Position numbers and translations under genes: made by a program. Source: Uloborus diversus (Eukaryota). Taken from it: a stretch of DNA of 64,000 nt. Positions 40,745-49,599 of the stretch are shown here, piece by piece; position 1 is the first letter of the stretch; each line of letters begins with the position of its first letter. Location of the stretch: positions 29,620,384 through 29,684,383 of the forward strand of contig NC_072740.1 of the NCBI RefSeq assembly GCF_026930045.1, given 5' to 3'. Under the pieces are notes generated by a model that saw only the letters and a program-made list of their open reading frames with translations, was not told where the DNA came from and did not search any database.

Positions 40745-40879
40745 GCTTGCCAGTTTCATTCTTCTGCTCCAGTGACTTCAATAACATCGTCAGGATTGTT
40801 TGACAGTGATAAAAAGTATATTTTAGTAATAGGTACCACATCTGGTGAAGTTCATCTTCTGAAATATCAACCTACATAG
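40745..40879 (+). CDS. WD40-repeat gene terminal coding exon (ACQFHSSAPVTSITSSGLFDSDKKYILVIGTTSGEVHLLKYQPT*), stop TAG 40877-40879
   Basis: Acceptor cctttttcag|GCT. The frame runs in phase to a stop codon. A downstream AATAAA lies at 41060-41065. Confidence 0.6.
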   Translation, partial: ACQFHSSAPVTSITSSGLFDSDKKYILVIGTTSGEVHLLKYQPT

Positions 40880-41059
40880 TATTTTGTTAAATTTTGATTG
40901 TACTGCTTTGTAAGACATATGCTTATGTTTTGTATGTACTGATTTACAAAAATCTAATTTAAAATATTGCTATGAGCTTCTCTGTTGAAATGATTTATAT
41001 ATTTATGAAAATAGTTTATTGTTTTGTAAAAAAAAAAAGAGTTACTTAATTAAAAAGTG

Positions 41060-41065
41060 AATAAA
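41060..41065 (+). promoter_or_regulatory. candidate polyadenylation signal AATAAA for the WD40 gene 3'UTR
   Basis: AATAAA lies ~180 nt downstream of the stop codon. The genome is AT-rich, so chance occurrence is plausible. Confidence 0.3.
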
Positions 41066-41154
41066 ATGTTATTGAAGCAGAAGAAATTCTTTAATGTGTT
41101 GTAAATGCTAAAGTACTGCAGCTTTTAAGTTTATGTTCTCAGTTATATGCAGTA

Positions 41155-41345
41155 CTAGCCATCTGCGGTGACCAGTTGGTTCGCCCTTTTACGCCATTTG
41201 CCTTTTTATGTAAGCAGCCGCCCACGGCGACTGTTTGACTTGCTTGTCATTCACCTATTCACGCAAAGATTGCTGCCTTTGGTGGCTGCTTAGATAAATT
41301 TGGCACCGGTATTAATCAATATATATCGATTTATATCAATATTAA
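41155..41345. repeat. tandem ~65-bp subrepeats each carrying a GC hairpin (…ttacgcca…gcagccgcccacggcg…); related array at 42845-43090
   Basis: 'agcagccgcccacggcgactg', 'agcagccacctacggcggctg', 'ttgccgacttcggcggctg' and 'ttgccgccttcggcggct' are short perfect hairpins spaced ~65 bp apart. Confidence 0.6.
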
Positions 41346-42354
41346 TTTGCATAAAATATTTTATATTTCTCTCTCTAGTACTGTCCTTTGGAAATTTTCC
41401 AAAATGGAGAGGAACGGGGGCAAAAGGTGTACTCTCAAAGAACTTTCTAACCGAAAGTAACAAAAAGGACATCCACTCTTATGTGAATGCATTATTTTCT
41501 TAAAGTCCGGGGGAGAGGGAGGACATTTACTCTCGTTTAAGTTCCTTAAGTGACGGAATTTCTTTCTCTTACTGACCATCTACCTATATTGATCTCTATA
41601 TTTATCTATCCAATCTATGCACATCTACCTCTGATGTTAATTAACGATCTTTTTCTTTGTACTGTAAGCTCCAGGTTATCCGTGGGTAGCTTATATGTGG
41701 CTTTTCACATTAAAAAAAATTGTTGTTGGTTAACTGCAAATAGATTTTAACTAAAGAAGTGTAAAAAATCACTTTCTCTATTTCTAGACTTTCTCTATTT
41801 ATCTCCTCCTTCTCCCTTCAATGACATCAAATCTTCAAAGGTCACCAAAATCTGACATGTTGAAACCTGATTTTTACATATACACTTCTAAAACATGTTT
41901 CTTAGAATTGAGACAAAATCGCTTATTTTTGGGAACGTCACTTCCTTCAAAACAATTTGGCTTAGAATTAAAAAGTAAGATTTCTTACTTTTGAATCAAA
42001 TATATGGGTCATTCTTCAAAAAGTGTAACTTTTCTGTCACACGACTTTTACTGTAAAACTTTTTAGGAACAATTCATTTAACAATGCTTTTTAATTTCAT
42101 CAAAAATATATCTACTAAATCCTGCCCACAATTTTTTTTAGTAATAGTTTTTATTTTAATATATTTTTGGTTCACAACATATGAAGTCTCACCTCTGTGG
42201 CATGTCACACACCTGGTGTGATTGTTTAACTTGTTTAATTAAAAGTATATTTATTTATTTATTATTCCTATGACAAATGTCTCAAATACTAATTGTTTAA
42301 GTATTATTTAATTGTTTAATATTACGTTTTATTTCATTTTAGTAAGTTATATGT

Positions 42355-44925
42355 TACACAATAAATTCTCACCTCCGTTACCTGAACAGAAAACTCCATT
42401 TCTCATTAACACGTGCAAGTAATGACATCACATTTTATTTTCCATAATGCAAGAGAACTTCCTTGTTTATTTTCAGATACAAAGAAGTTGTGAGATTTTT
42501 GTCGAAAAACAAGAAGATAGATTTTTTTGAAAAACCAAGTGTGATTATTGTGAACTCTCACCTCCGTGAACTTGAATTTCAGGGATGTGAATTAATGTAA
42601 AAAAATAAGTGAACATGTTTTCATATGTTTAACTTGTGCAGATTGTAGCAACGAAGAAAAAAAAAATATTTCCCTGAAAATGTATCCTTTAGACCTATAT
42701 TATTGGAAAATTCCTCATTTCCGTGACAGATCTAATCAATGTCATTATTTCTGAAGTAAAAATAAATGATGGAGGGGAACTACATTAATATTAGGCATTC
42801 TACCAAAATTATAAATTGCCAGTATATTCGCGAATTTATTAACTAGCCGCCTGCGGCGACCAGCCGCTCCGCTTTCTTACGCCATTCGCCTTTCTATGCA
42901 AGCAGCCACCTACGGCGGCTGTTTATCTAACTTGTCATTTAAATTTTTACGTCAAGTTTGCCGACTTCGGCGGCTGTTTAAATAAATTTGGCAGCAGTAT
43001 TAATCAATGTATCTCTATCTTTTGTTGTGCCATTCACATTTTTACGCCAAGATTGCCGCCTTCGGCGGCTATCTACCTTTACGATTTATCTCTAAATTTT
43101 CTTATCCATCTCTATTTATTTTAACCTCCCCGCCCATTTCCTGATAAAAACAAAGATCACTCTAAAAAAAAAAACACCTTTTTTTATTTAAGTAGAGCAA
43201 AAAAAAAAATTAACTCTAATTTGAATTCCGAAACTTTGAATTCAATTTATGTTTTTCGCAATCACGAGTTGCGACAAGACTCTACTGGTTAGAGTTATTG
43301 TTTCTAGAAATGGCTCCCCCGTCCAAGCATGTCCCTCCTCCTGGGTGTTTACGTGTATATAGTTGTGTGCGTGTGTGTGTAGGCTTACGTGTGTGCACGT
43401 AGGCGTGTGTATGTGTGTAAAGGCGTGCGCGCATAGGCAACTGTGTATGCGCATGCGTGTGTAGGACATGGACGCCACCGCCCAGCAGAAGTGGATTCCG
43501 GGGGACAGTGCTCAGGACCAGCCGCGCCGCCGCCGGTGGACGGTGGTGCTACAGGCCTGGTCCAAGCTGAAAAAGGAACCGGATCATCAAGGACTGTCAA
43601 GTGAGAACAATAAGCAATCGTGATTGCTCAAAAAATATCTTCAAAATTCCCCATAGTGTGCAAAAAGTAGCGTTTGACAAAGAAAAAAAAAATCTCTGTT
43701 ATTATTGAATTAAATGTGCATAACTATGAAATGTAACGTAATATAGATGCAGCAAAACGTTGCAGCTTGGGGGGGGGGGACGGAAAAAGAAATAAATGCA
43801 ATCCCTAAATTAAACAAAAAAAGGAAAGAAAAAAAGCAAGCTCTGCCGGAAAACACGCAGTCATCACGTCATAAAATGTAGAAGTAAGCTGTATAGTAAA
43901 AACAAATGATAAACATTGTTTGCAATTAAGATTCCATCGTAAATACCGAATCGAAATACAAGTAGTGACGTCAAAGGCATAAAAGATTGAAGAACGCTTT
44001 TTTCGACTGATGCGTGGAAAGACATAATGTGTTCAGCATTAAAAAATTGTTTAAAAAAAACTATTGCGTATTTTTAAGAACTTTTTTCTTCCGAAGAGGG
44101 CGAAATGGTTTTACTATTGCCAACTTAAATTTTAGAAATGGGGCTTTGATAATTCTCGCAGGATGATATTTAAAAAAAACAAAACCCAGGAAAAATGCAA
44201 ATTAAAGGTATTTTTAAAAATTCATTAAAAATACAAAAACTTCAAATTTTTTTCATTCATCATATTTAAAATTATATCTCCTACCTTATAGTGCAAAAAA
44301 TATTTGTGTGGTGCGATTGGTTCGGGGTCTGTGAGGTAAAAAGTGCAAAAAAAACACATAAAACATTAAATAACTTTTTTTCTAATTAAAATATCGAAAA
44401 TCGAAGCCCGAGGTGCACATCTTCAGCAAAAACTGCACCTGTATACCAAATTTCATCTTTCTAGGCCTTACCGTTTTGTCGGGATGCGCGCCACACACAC
44501 ACACACACAAACATCTTATTTTATTTTATGTATAGACTATTTTTTACATATTTGAACTAAAAGGATATAACTAATCATTAAGCCGTACTTTAATTAAGAG
44601 AGCTTAGTATTAGATTCCCCCTAATCATTAAAATAGCTCATTTTTTTCACAATTAAGTAAATTACTACTTTTAATGTTTAAAAATCGAGGCTAATTTAAT
44701 ATCAGAGTTTTTTTCTTTTTTTTTTAAATTTCTATGAACAAGGTATTTTTAAATTTTTTTTTTTATTTATGAGTAAAATAATTGGAACTTAGCTGGGCCA
44801 ATGTTTATGGTTGTTTCTAGTAGGTAACACTTTCATGTAAGAATTAAAAGAAAACAAAAGATTTCGAAATTGAAAAATATTTGAGTTCAAAAGTTACGCC
44901 TTCTGGGGAATGACCCATACCCTCT
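42355..44925. repeat. dispersed repeat copy B interrupted by a ~1.7-kb composite insertion (42841-44540)
   Basis: The flanks 42355-42840 and 44540-44925 are colinear with 2460-2955 and 2960-3330. The intervening sequence is absent from copy A. Confidence 0.75.
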
Positions 44926-44989
44926 TCTCAAAAACGATTCAGAATATTCAGTAAATTAACGCCCAATAGCCAGGGCTAAAGCAGATATA

Positions 44990-45072
44990 CATGAAATACA
45001 CCGCCAGCTCAGTCCTTTCCACGAAACTGCAGTCCTCGGCTGGAAATAACTGAGCTGGCGGTGTATTTCATG
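44990..45072. repeat. 83-bp perfect hairpin mini-element (catgaaatacaccgccagctcagt…actgagctggcggtgtatttcatg); related partial copy at 28330-28440
   Basis: Palindromic arms by direct reading. A 12-nt direct repeat acgattcagaat lies at 44934-44945 and 45073-45084. Confidence 0.6.
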
Positions 45073-45511
45073 ACGATTCAGAATGTTCTCACTTTTGAAA
45101 TATTGCTCTACTCGTAAATGGTACAACATGTTATTAATTTTGAGACACATTCATCACATATATACAATACTGCTATAATTTTCTTACATCGACAGTATTC
45201 TCATTTAGCATAGTGCTTTTACTTAAAATTATAATTTTCATAAAGAACTCTTGAACTTATTGAGATTTACTTGCTTTTTTAAAGTGTTTTTCTATTCTGT
45301 GTAGCTAAGCCTAAATTGTGCTGATTTCTTGTTGTTAAGCCTGAGTGCTCTGTTTAGGGTGTAACTTGTTTATTTTAATTTACTGCTTGTCTTAGGATTT
45401 AGTAATATTTGTATCTTTTACTTCCAATGCTTTCTAATTCTAATAATTAGCATTATTTCTCCAATTTTGTATTTTTGTATTGACTTTTTAAGTGTACCAT
45501 TTTGAGCTAGA

Positions 45512-45970
45512 ATGGGAGTTATACGCATAATGAAGGAGGTTAAAAGTGGTAAAGGGGACAAGTGGATTTCTTGTGACCTATGTCAGATGTTCTGCTTGTT
45601 TAAGGGAAAGGATGAGTCTGAGAAGGATTTCATTTGCACAAATTGTGTTGAACTCTCAGAAATCAGAGTTAGGATGCTTACTTTGGAGGGTGAGTTAGCA
45701 TTAGGCTGTATGCGTGTAGATGGGGTAAACACTCCAGAGGGAAAGGGGGAAGTTAGCAAAAAGGATGTTGGCATTAGCTGTGTGTTAGATAGTGGGAATA
45801 TTCCAGAATTAAAGGAGGAAGTTAGTAAAAAGGATGTGGGCATTAGCTGTGTGTTAGATAGTGGGAAAATTCCAGAGGTAAAGGGGAAAGTTATTGCTGA
45901 GGCGATTGACTGGGAAACAAAGGGTATAATTTTCGGAGATTCAATGGTGCGTGAGGTGGAAACTCAATAG
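45512..45970 (+). CDS. LINE ORF1 N-terminal part: PHD/zinc-finger-like Cys cluster plus internal 60-nt tandem duplication (EVSKKDVGISCVLDSG×2)
   Basis: The ORF track translation reads WISCDLCQMFC…FICTNCVEL. A direct repeat lies at 45745-45800 and 45805-45860. Confidence 0.6.
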   Translation: MGVIRIMKEVKSGKGDKWISCDLCQMFCLFKGKDESEKDFICTNCVELSEIRVRMLTLEGELALGCMRVDGVNTPEGKGEVSKKDVGISCVLDSGNIPELKEEVSKKDVGISCVLDSGKIPEVKGKVIAEAIDWETKGIIFGDSMVREVETQ

Positions 45971-45987
45971 GCAGAGTTAGACGTAAG

Positions 45988-46416
45988 GTGGCTAGATGTT
46001 GTTTGCCAGGGGCTCGGGTGAGAGATGTAAAAAGGGTTGCTGAAAAGAAGGGGGTATTTAATAAAGAGGATGTAGTTACTTTGTGGGTGGGAACTAACGA
46101 TGTAGGCCATAGTAACAACGATGAGTTTACAAAGGAATGGGATTCCCTGTTGGACAAAGCAACCAACTGTTCGGCAAATGTCCAAGTGGTTGGTTTGCTT
46201 CCCAGGTATGGAGTGCATAGGAGTTGGTTAAACCAACGGGCTAGGTGTATGAACCTGGTACTCAAGGAAATTTGCGTTAAGCGTAGAATCAGGTTTATTG
46301 ATGTGTGGAGTAAATGTAAACGAGATTGGATTGCTAGGGATGGCCTGCATCTGAGTTCTACAGGGGTCAAAATGGTTAGTGGTTTGGTTTTAGAGGCTTC
46401 AGAATCAAAAAACTAA
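45988..46416 (+). CDS. LINE ORF1 esterase (SGNH hydrolase-like) domain, frameshifted relative to the upstream part
   Basis: The LWVGTNDV block and an NRRARCMN…DGLHLS-type C-terminus match esterase domains described for CR1-like ORF1 proteins. Confidence 0.6.
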   Translation: MARCCLPGARVRDVKRVAEKKGVFNKEDVVTLWVGTNDVGHSNNDEFTKEWDSLLDKATNCSANVQVVGLLPRYGVHRSWLNQRARCMNLVLKEICVKRRIRFIDVWSKCKRDWIARDGLHLSSTGVKMVSGLVLEASESKN

Positions 46417-46475
46417 GTTGGAATGGGGGACATGGTTTAAGGAGCAGAATTCGAAAGGGTACTAACTATTGGGAT

Positions 46476-47756
46476 TTGAGTAGAAACAGAAATAGGGTGT
46501 CCAATAAGAGTAAAGATTTTAACAGCTGGGATTCAAACAATCGTGCAGCATTAAATAAAAGTAAGATGGGCTTACTTAAGGTTTTTTATACAAATGCTCG
46601 TAGTATTAGGAACAAGATGGAAGAATTGAAAAGCATAATTATAGACGAGAGGTTGGATATTATTGGAGTTACCGAGACATGGGCTACCGAAAGTGATGAT
46701 GATTTATTATCTATTGCTGGGTATAATTTGTTTAGACAAGATAGAGTAGGTAAAAGAGGTGGTGGGGTTTTATTTTATGTCAGAGACACTTTAATTTGCA
46801 ATGAATTGGTAATTAATGATAAACCTAATGAGATTGATATGATTTGGCTGGAGTTGATTAGTAATAAGGGCAAAAAACTACGTTTAGGGAATATTTATAG
46901 GCCACCCAACTTAAGCCAGGGTGAAGACGAACAGATGTTTAGTATTATTAGTGACATTTCTAGCAAGGGGTCAGTCTTCATAATGGGAGATTTTAATTTT
47001 CCAGGAATTGATTGGAATAATTTTGACCGTAGTAATAGCAGAGAAGAGGAATTTTTGAAAGTAATTGGTGACTGTTTCTTAGATCAAATTGTAACTCAGG
47101 GTACTCAACAGGACGCGATTTTGGATCTAGTTTTCTGTGACATGGAAGGCTCTGTTCAGGGGTTATGTGTAGGGGAACACATTGGAGATAGTGACCACAA
47201 CAGTATTAGGTTTGGGATTAAATTTGATATGCACAAAGTAGAGAATTTTAGGTTTGTGCCCAATTTCAGAAATACTGACTTTGTGGCACTTCGGCAGAGT
47301 TTGAAAGCAGTTTTTTCTTCTGGATTGGACAATAGCGATGTGAATCTTCAGTGGGCAGAGTTTAAGGAAAATCTAGCGAATACGGTTAGAGATCATGTTC
47401 CTTTTAGGAGAAAAGGTGTCAACACTAAAATTTGGCCAATGTGGTTCTCCAGGGAAACTAAAGACGCTCTAAATTACAAGCAAGCTGCTTTTCATAGGTT
47501 TAGAGAAACAGGTCACAGTGCAGATAGGCTCCAGTATTGTAAGGCAACGCGTAAATTTAAGTATTTGGTACGGATTCAGAAAAGAGAGTTGGAGCAAAGA
47601 CTGGCAGATAACATAAACAGGAATCCCATGAGGTTTTTTGCATACACTAATTCGGGGAAAGTTCGAAATAGTCATATTGGGCCACTGGTTGATGAGCACG
47701 GAATTTTGATTCAGGACGATAGTGATATTGCTAATGTTCTTAATAACTTTTTTTGA
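46476..47756 (+). CDS. LINE ORF2 apurinic-like endonuclease domain plus linker (pseudogene fragment)
   Basis: A 426-aa ORF contains the EN motifs (IIGVTETW, GDFNFP, DSDHNSI). Confidence 0.75.
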   Translation: MSRNRNRVSNKSKDFNSWDSNNRAALNKSKMGLLKVFYTNARSIRNKMEELKSIIIDERLDIIGVTETWATESDDDLLSIAGYNLFRQDRVGKRGGGVLFYVRDTLICNELVINDKPNEIDMIWLELISNKGKKLRLGNIYRPPNLSQGEDEQMFSIISDISSKGSVFIMGDFNFPGIDWNNFDRSNSREEEFLKVIGDCFLDQIVTQGTQQDAILDLVFCDMEGSVQGLCVGEHIGDSDHNSIRFGIKFDMHKVENFRFVPNFRNTDFVALRQSLKAVFSSGLDNSDVNLQWAEFKENLANTVRDHVPFRRKGVNTKIWPMWFSRETKDALNYKQAAFHRFRETGHSADRLQYCKATRKFKYLVRIQKRELEQRLADNINRNPMRFFAYTNSGKVRNSHIGPLVDEHGILIQDDSDIANVLNNFF

Positions 47757-48245
47757 GTGTTTTTAACGATAACTGTATCTCAACAGTTGACACCAACAAG
47801 GCACAAGCTATAGTACAGCTTGAGGACTTTGTATTTTCCAGGGATGACGTTTTACTTCATTTGAAAAAAATTAAAGAGACTAAGGCTCCGGGGCCAGATA
47901 ATATTTATCCGAAAATTTTAGTTGAATGTGCAGAGGAATTAGCAGATGTAATCGCAAACATTTTCAATGCTTCTTATAATTCGGGGACAGTGCCAGAGGA
48001 CTGGAAGCTGGCTAACATTACACCGCTCTTCAAGAAAGGGTCTAAAGGGAGTGTGGGAAATTATAGACCTGTGAGTCTAACTTCGGTGGTTTGCAAAATT
48101 TTTGAAACATAGATGAAAATTAAGATAGTAAATTTTCTAGAGACTAATAATCTATTGACTAGTTTTCAGTACGGTTTCAGGAAAGGTAAATCTTGTGCAA
48201 CTAATTTATTACATTTCTATGACAAAGTTACCAGTGGCGTAGCTA
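47753..48245 (+). pseudogene. LINE ORF2 reverse-transcriptase N-terminal segment, truncated by the MITE insertion
   Basis: The frame …PGPDNIYPKIL…NYRPVSLTSVVCKIFE…FQYGFRKGKSCATNLLHFYDKVT then runs into the inserted element. Confidence 0.7.
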
Positions 48246-48278
48246 GACCCGACTTTCGGGGGGGGGGGGGGGGTTACT

Positions 48279-48360
<82 letters not shown>

Positions 48361-48494
48361 AATCGCTTGGAATTTTTTCCTTTTCTTCTTTTTTTTCCCT
48401 TTCTCTTCTCTCTTCTTTTTCTCTTTTTTTTTTGAGACTAACTTTTCGGGGGGGGGGGGGGTTTGTCCCCAAAACCCCCCCCCCCCCCCCCCTT
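48246..48494. mobile_element. ~250-bp non-autonomous TIR element (MITE-like) inserted into the LINE RT; carries (AT)n(GT)n and poly-G tracts; flanked by a ~10-bp TSD aaagttacca
   Basis: The left end 'cagtggcgtagctagacccgactttcgggggg…' pairs with the right end '…cccccccttagctacgcccctg' as an imperfect TIR. A direct repeat AAAGTTACCA lies at 48231-48240 and 48495-48504. The RT motif FYDKVT|TALD is continuous once the insert is removed. Confidence 0.75.
48286..48360. repeat. compound microsatellite (AT)~28(GT)~10 inside the inserted MITE
   Basis: Direct reading of the sequence. Confidence 0.95.
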
Positions 48495-49599
48495 AGCTAC
48501 GCCCCTGAAAGTTACCACGGCTTTGGACAATAAGAAGCCTGTAGATGTTGTTTACATTGATTTTCAAAAAGCTTTCGATAAGGTACCGCATGTTGCTCTA
48601 CTTAGCAAATTAGCTGATATGGGAATAGGAGGGAAAACTTTCATTTGGGTAAAAAACTGGCTGACCGGAAGGAAACAAAGAGTAGTTGTAAGGGGAAATT
48701 ATTCTAATTGGAGTGAGGTCTTAAGCGGCGTTCCTCAAGGATCAGTGTTAGGGCCTGTTTTGTTCATTGTCTTTATGAACGATATTCACAAAAATATTTC
48801 TGGGAACATGAATTGTTTTGCTGATGATGTCAAACTTATGGGGACTGTAGAAAATGAAGAACAAGCAAATCAGCTGCAAGAGGATCTAGATCATATTACA
48901 GAGTGGGCTGATAAATGGGGTATGGCTGTTAATGTTGGGAAATGTCAAGTGCTACATTTAGGGCATGGAAATAAGTGTACAAGTTATTATTTGCAAGGTT
49001 CAGTCATTAGTCAGGCAGACAAAGTTACTGATCTGGAGGTCTTAATAAGTCAGGATTTAAAGTTTAGCCAACAGTGCAGCATTGCTAGCAACAAAGCCAA
49101 TAAGATGCTTGGGTTTATCAATAGATCTATTTCAAATAAATCTAAAGAAGTTCTGCCCTTATATAGAAGTTTGGTAAGACCCCATTTGGAGTATGCTGTT
49201 CAGTTTTGGTCTCCTTATCTTAAGAAAGACATTAATGTATTGGAAAGGGTTCAAAGGCGGGCTACAAGGCTAATAAGTGGACTTTCCCACTTAGATTATG
49301 ATTCCAGGCTTAGAAGGCTAAAAATGTACAGTCTTGAGCAAAGAAGAGACCGAGGGGACATGATTCAACTGTTTATATTTATTAAAACGAAAGATGTTAC
49401 GGGGCTAAAGTTTAGCACTGAAAACAGGACAAGGGGTCATTGTTTTAAGCTATTTAAATCTCAGGCTAACATGGATATTACGAAAAATTATTATTTTAGC
49501 AGGGTAGTGGAACCTTGGAACAGCTTACCGGAAGAGGTGGTAATGAGCAAAGGAGTAGACAGTTTTAAGAGGGCCATTGATCTTCACTGGGGATTGTAA
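48495..49599 (+). pseudogene. LINE ORF2 reverse-transcriptase core/C-terminal segment (resumes after the insertion)
   Basis: …TTALDNKKPVDVVYIDFQKAFDKVPH…NCFADDVKLMG…; the stop codon is at 49599. Confidence 0.75.

Noticed and set aside
43242-43600. 78-aa and 71-aa minus-strand ORFs (HTHTH…, PPSTGGGAAG…)
   Set aside because: They are low-complexity translations of a degenerate (GT)n tract and a GC-rich island. The codon usage and composition are unlike the confirmed exons.
45583-46370. Three minus-strand ORFs (86, 159, 84 aa) antisense to the LINE ORF1
   Set aside because: They are spurious antisense frames inside a clearly sense-strand LINE with recognizable domains.
48113-48496. 127-aa + ORF and overlapping 87-aa - ORF (YIYIYI…, CVCVCV…)
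   Set aside because: They are translations of the (AT)n(GT)n microsatellite and poly-G of the inserted MITE, not genes.
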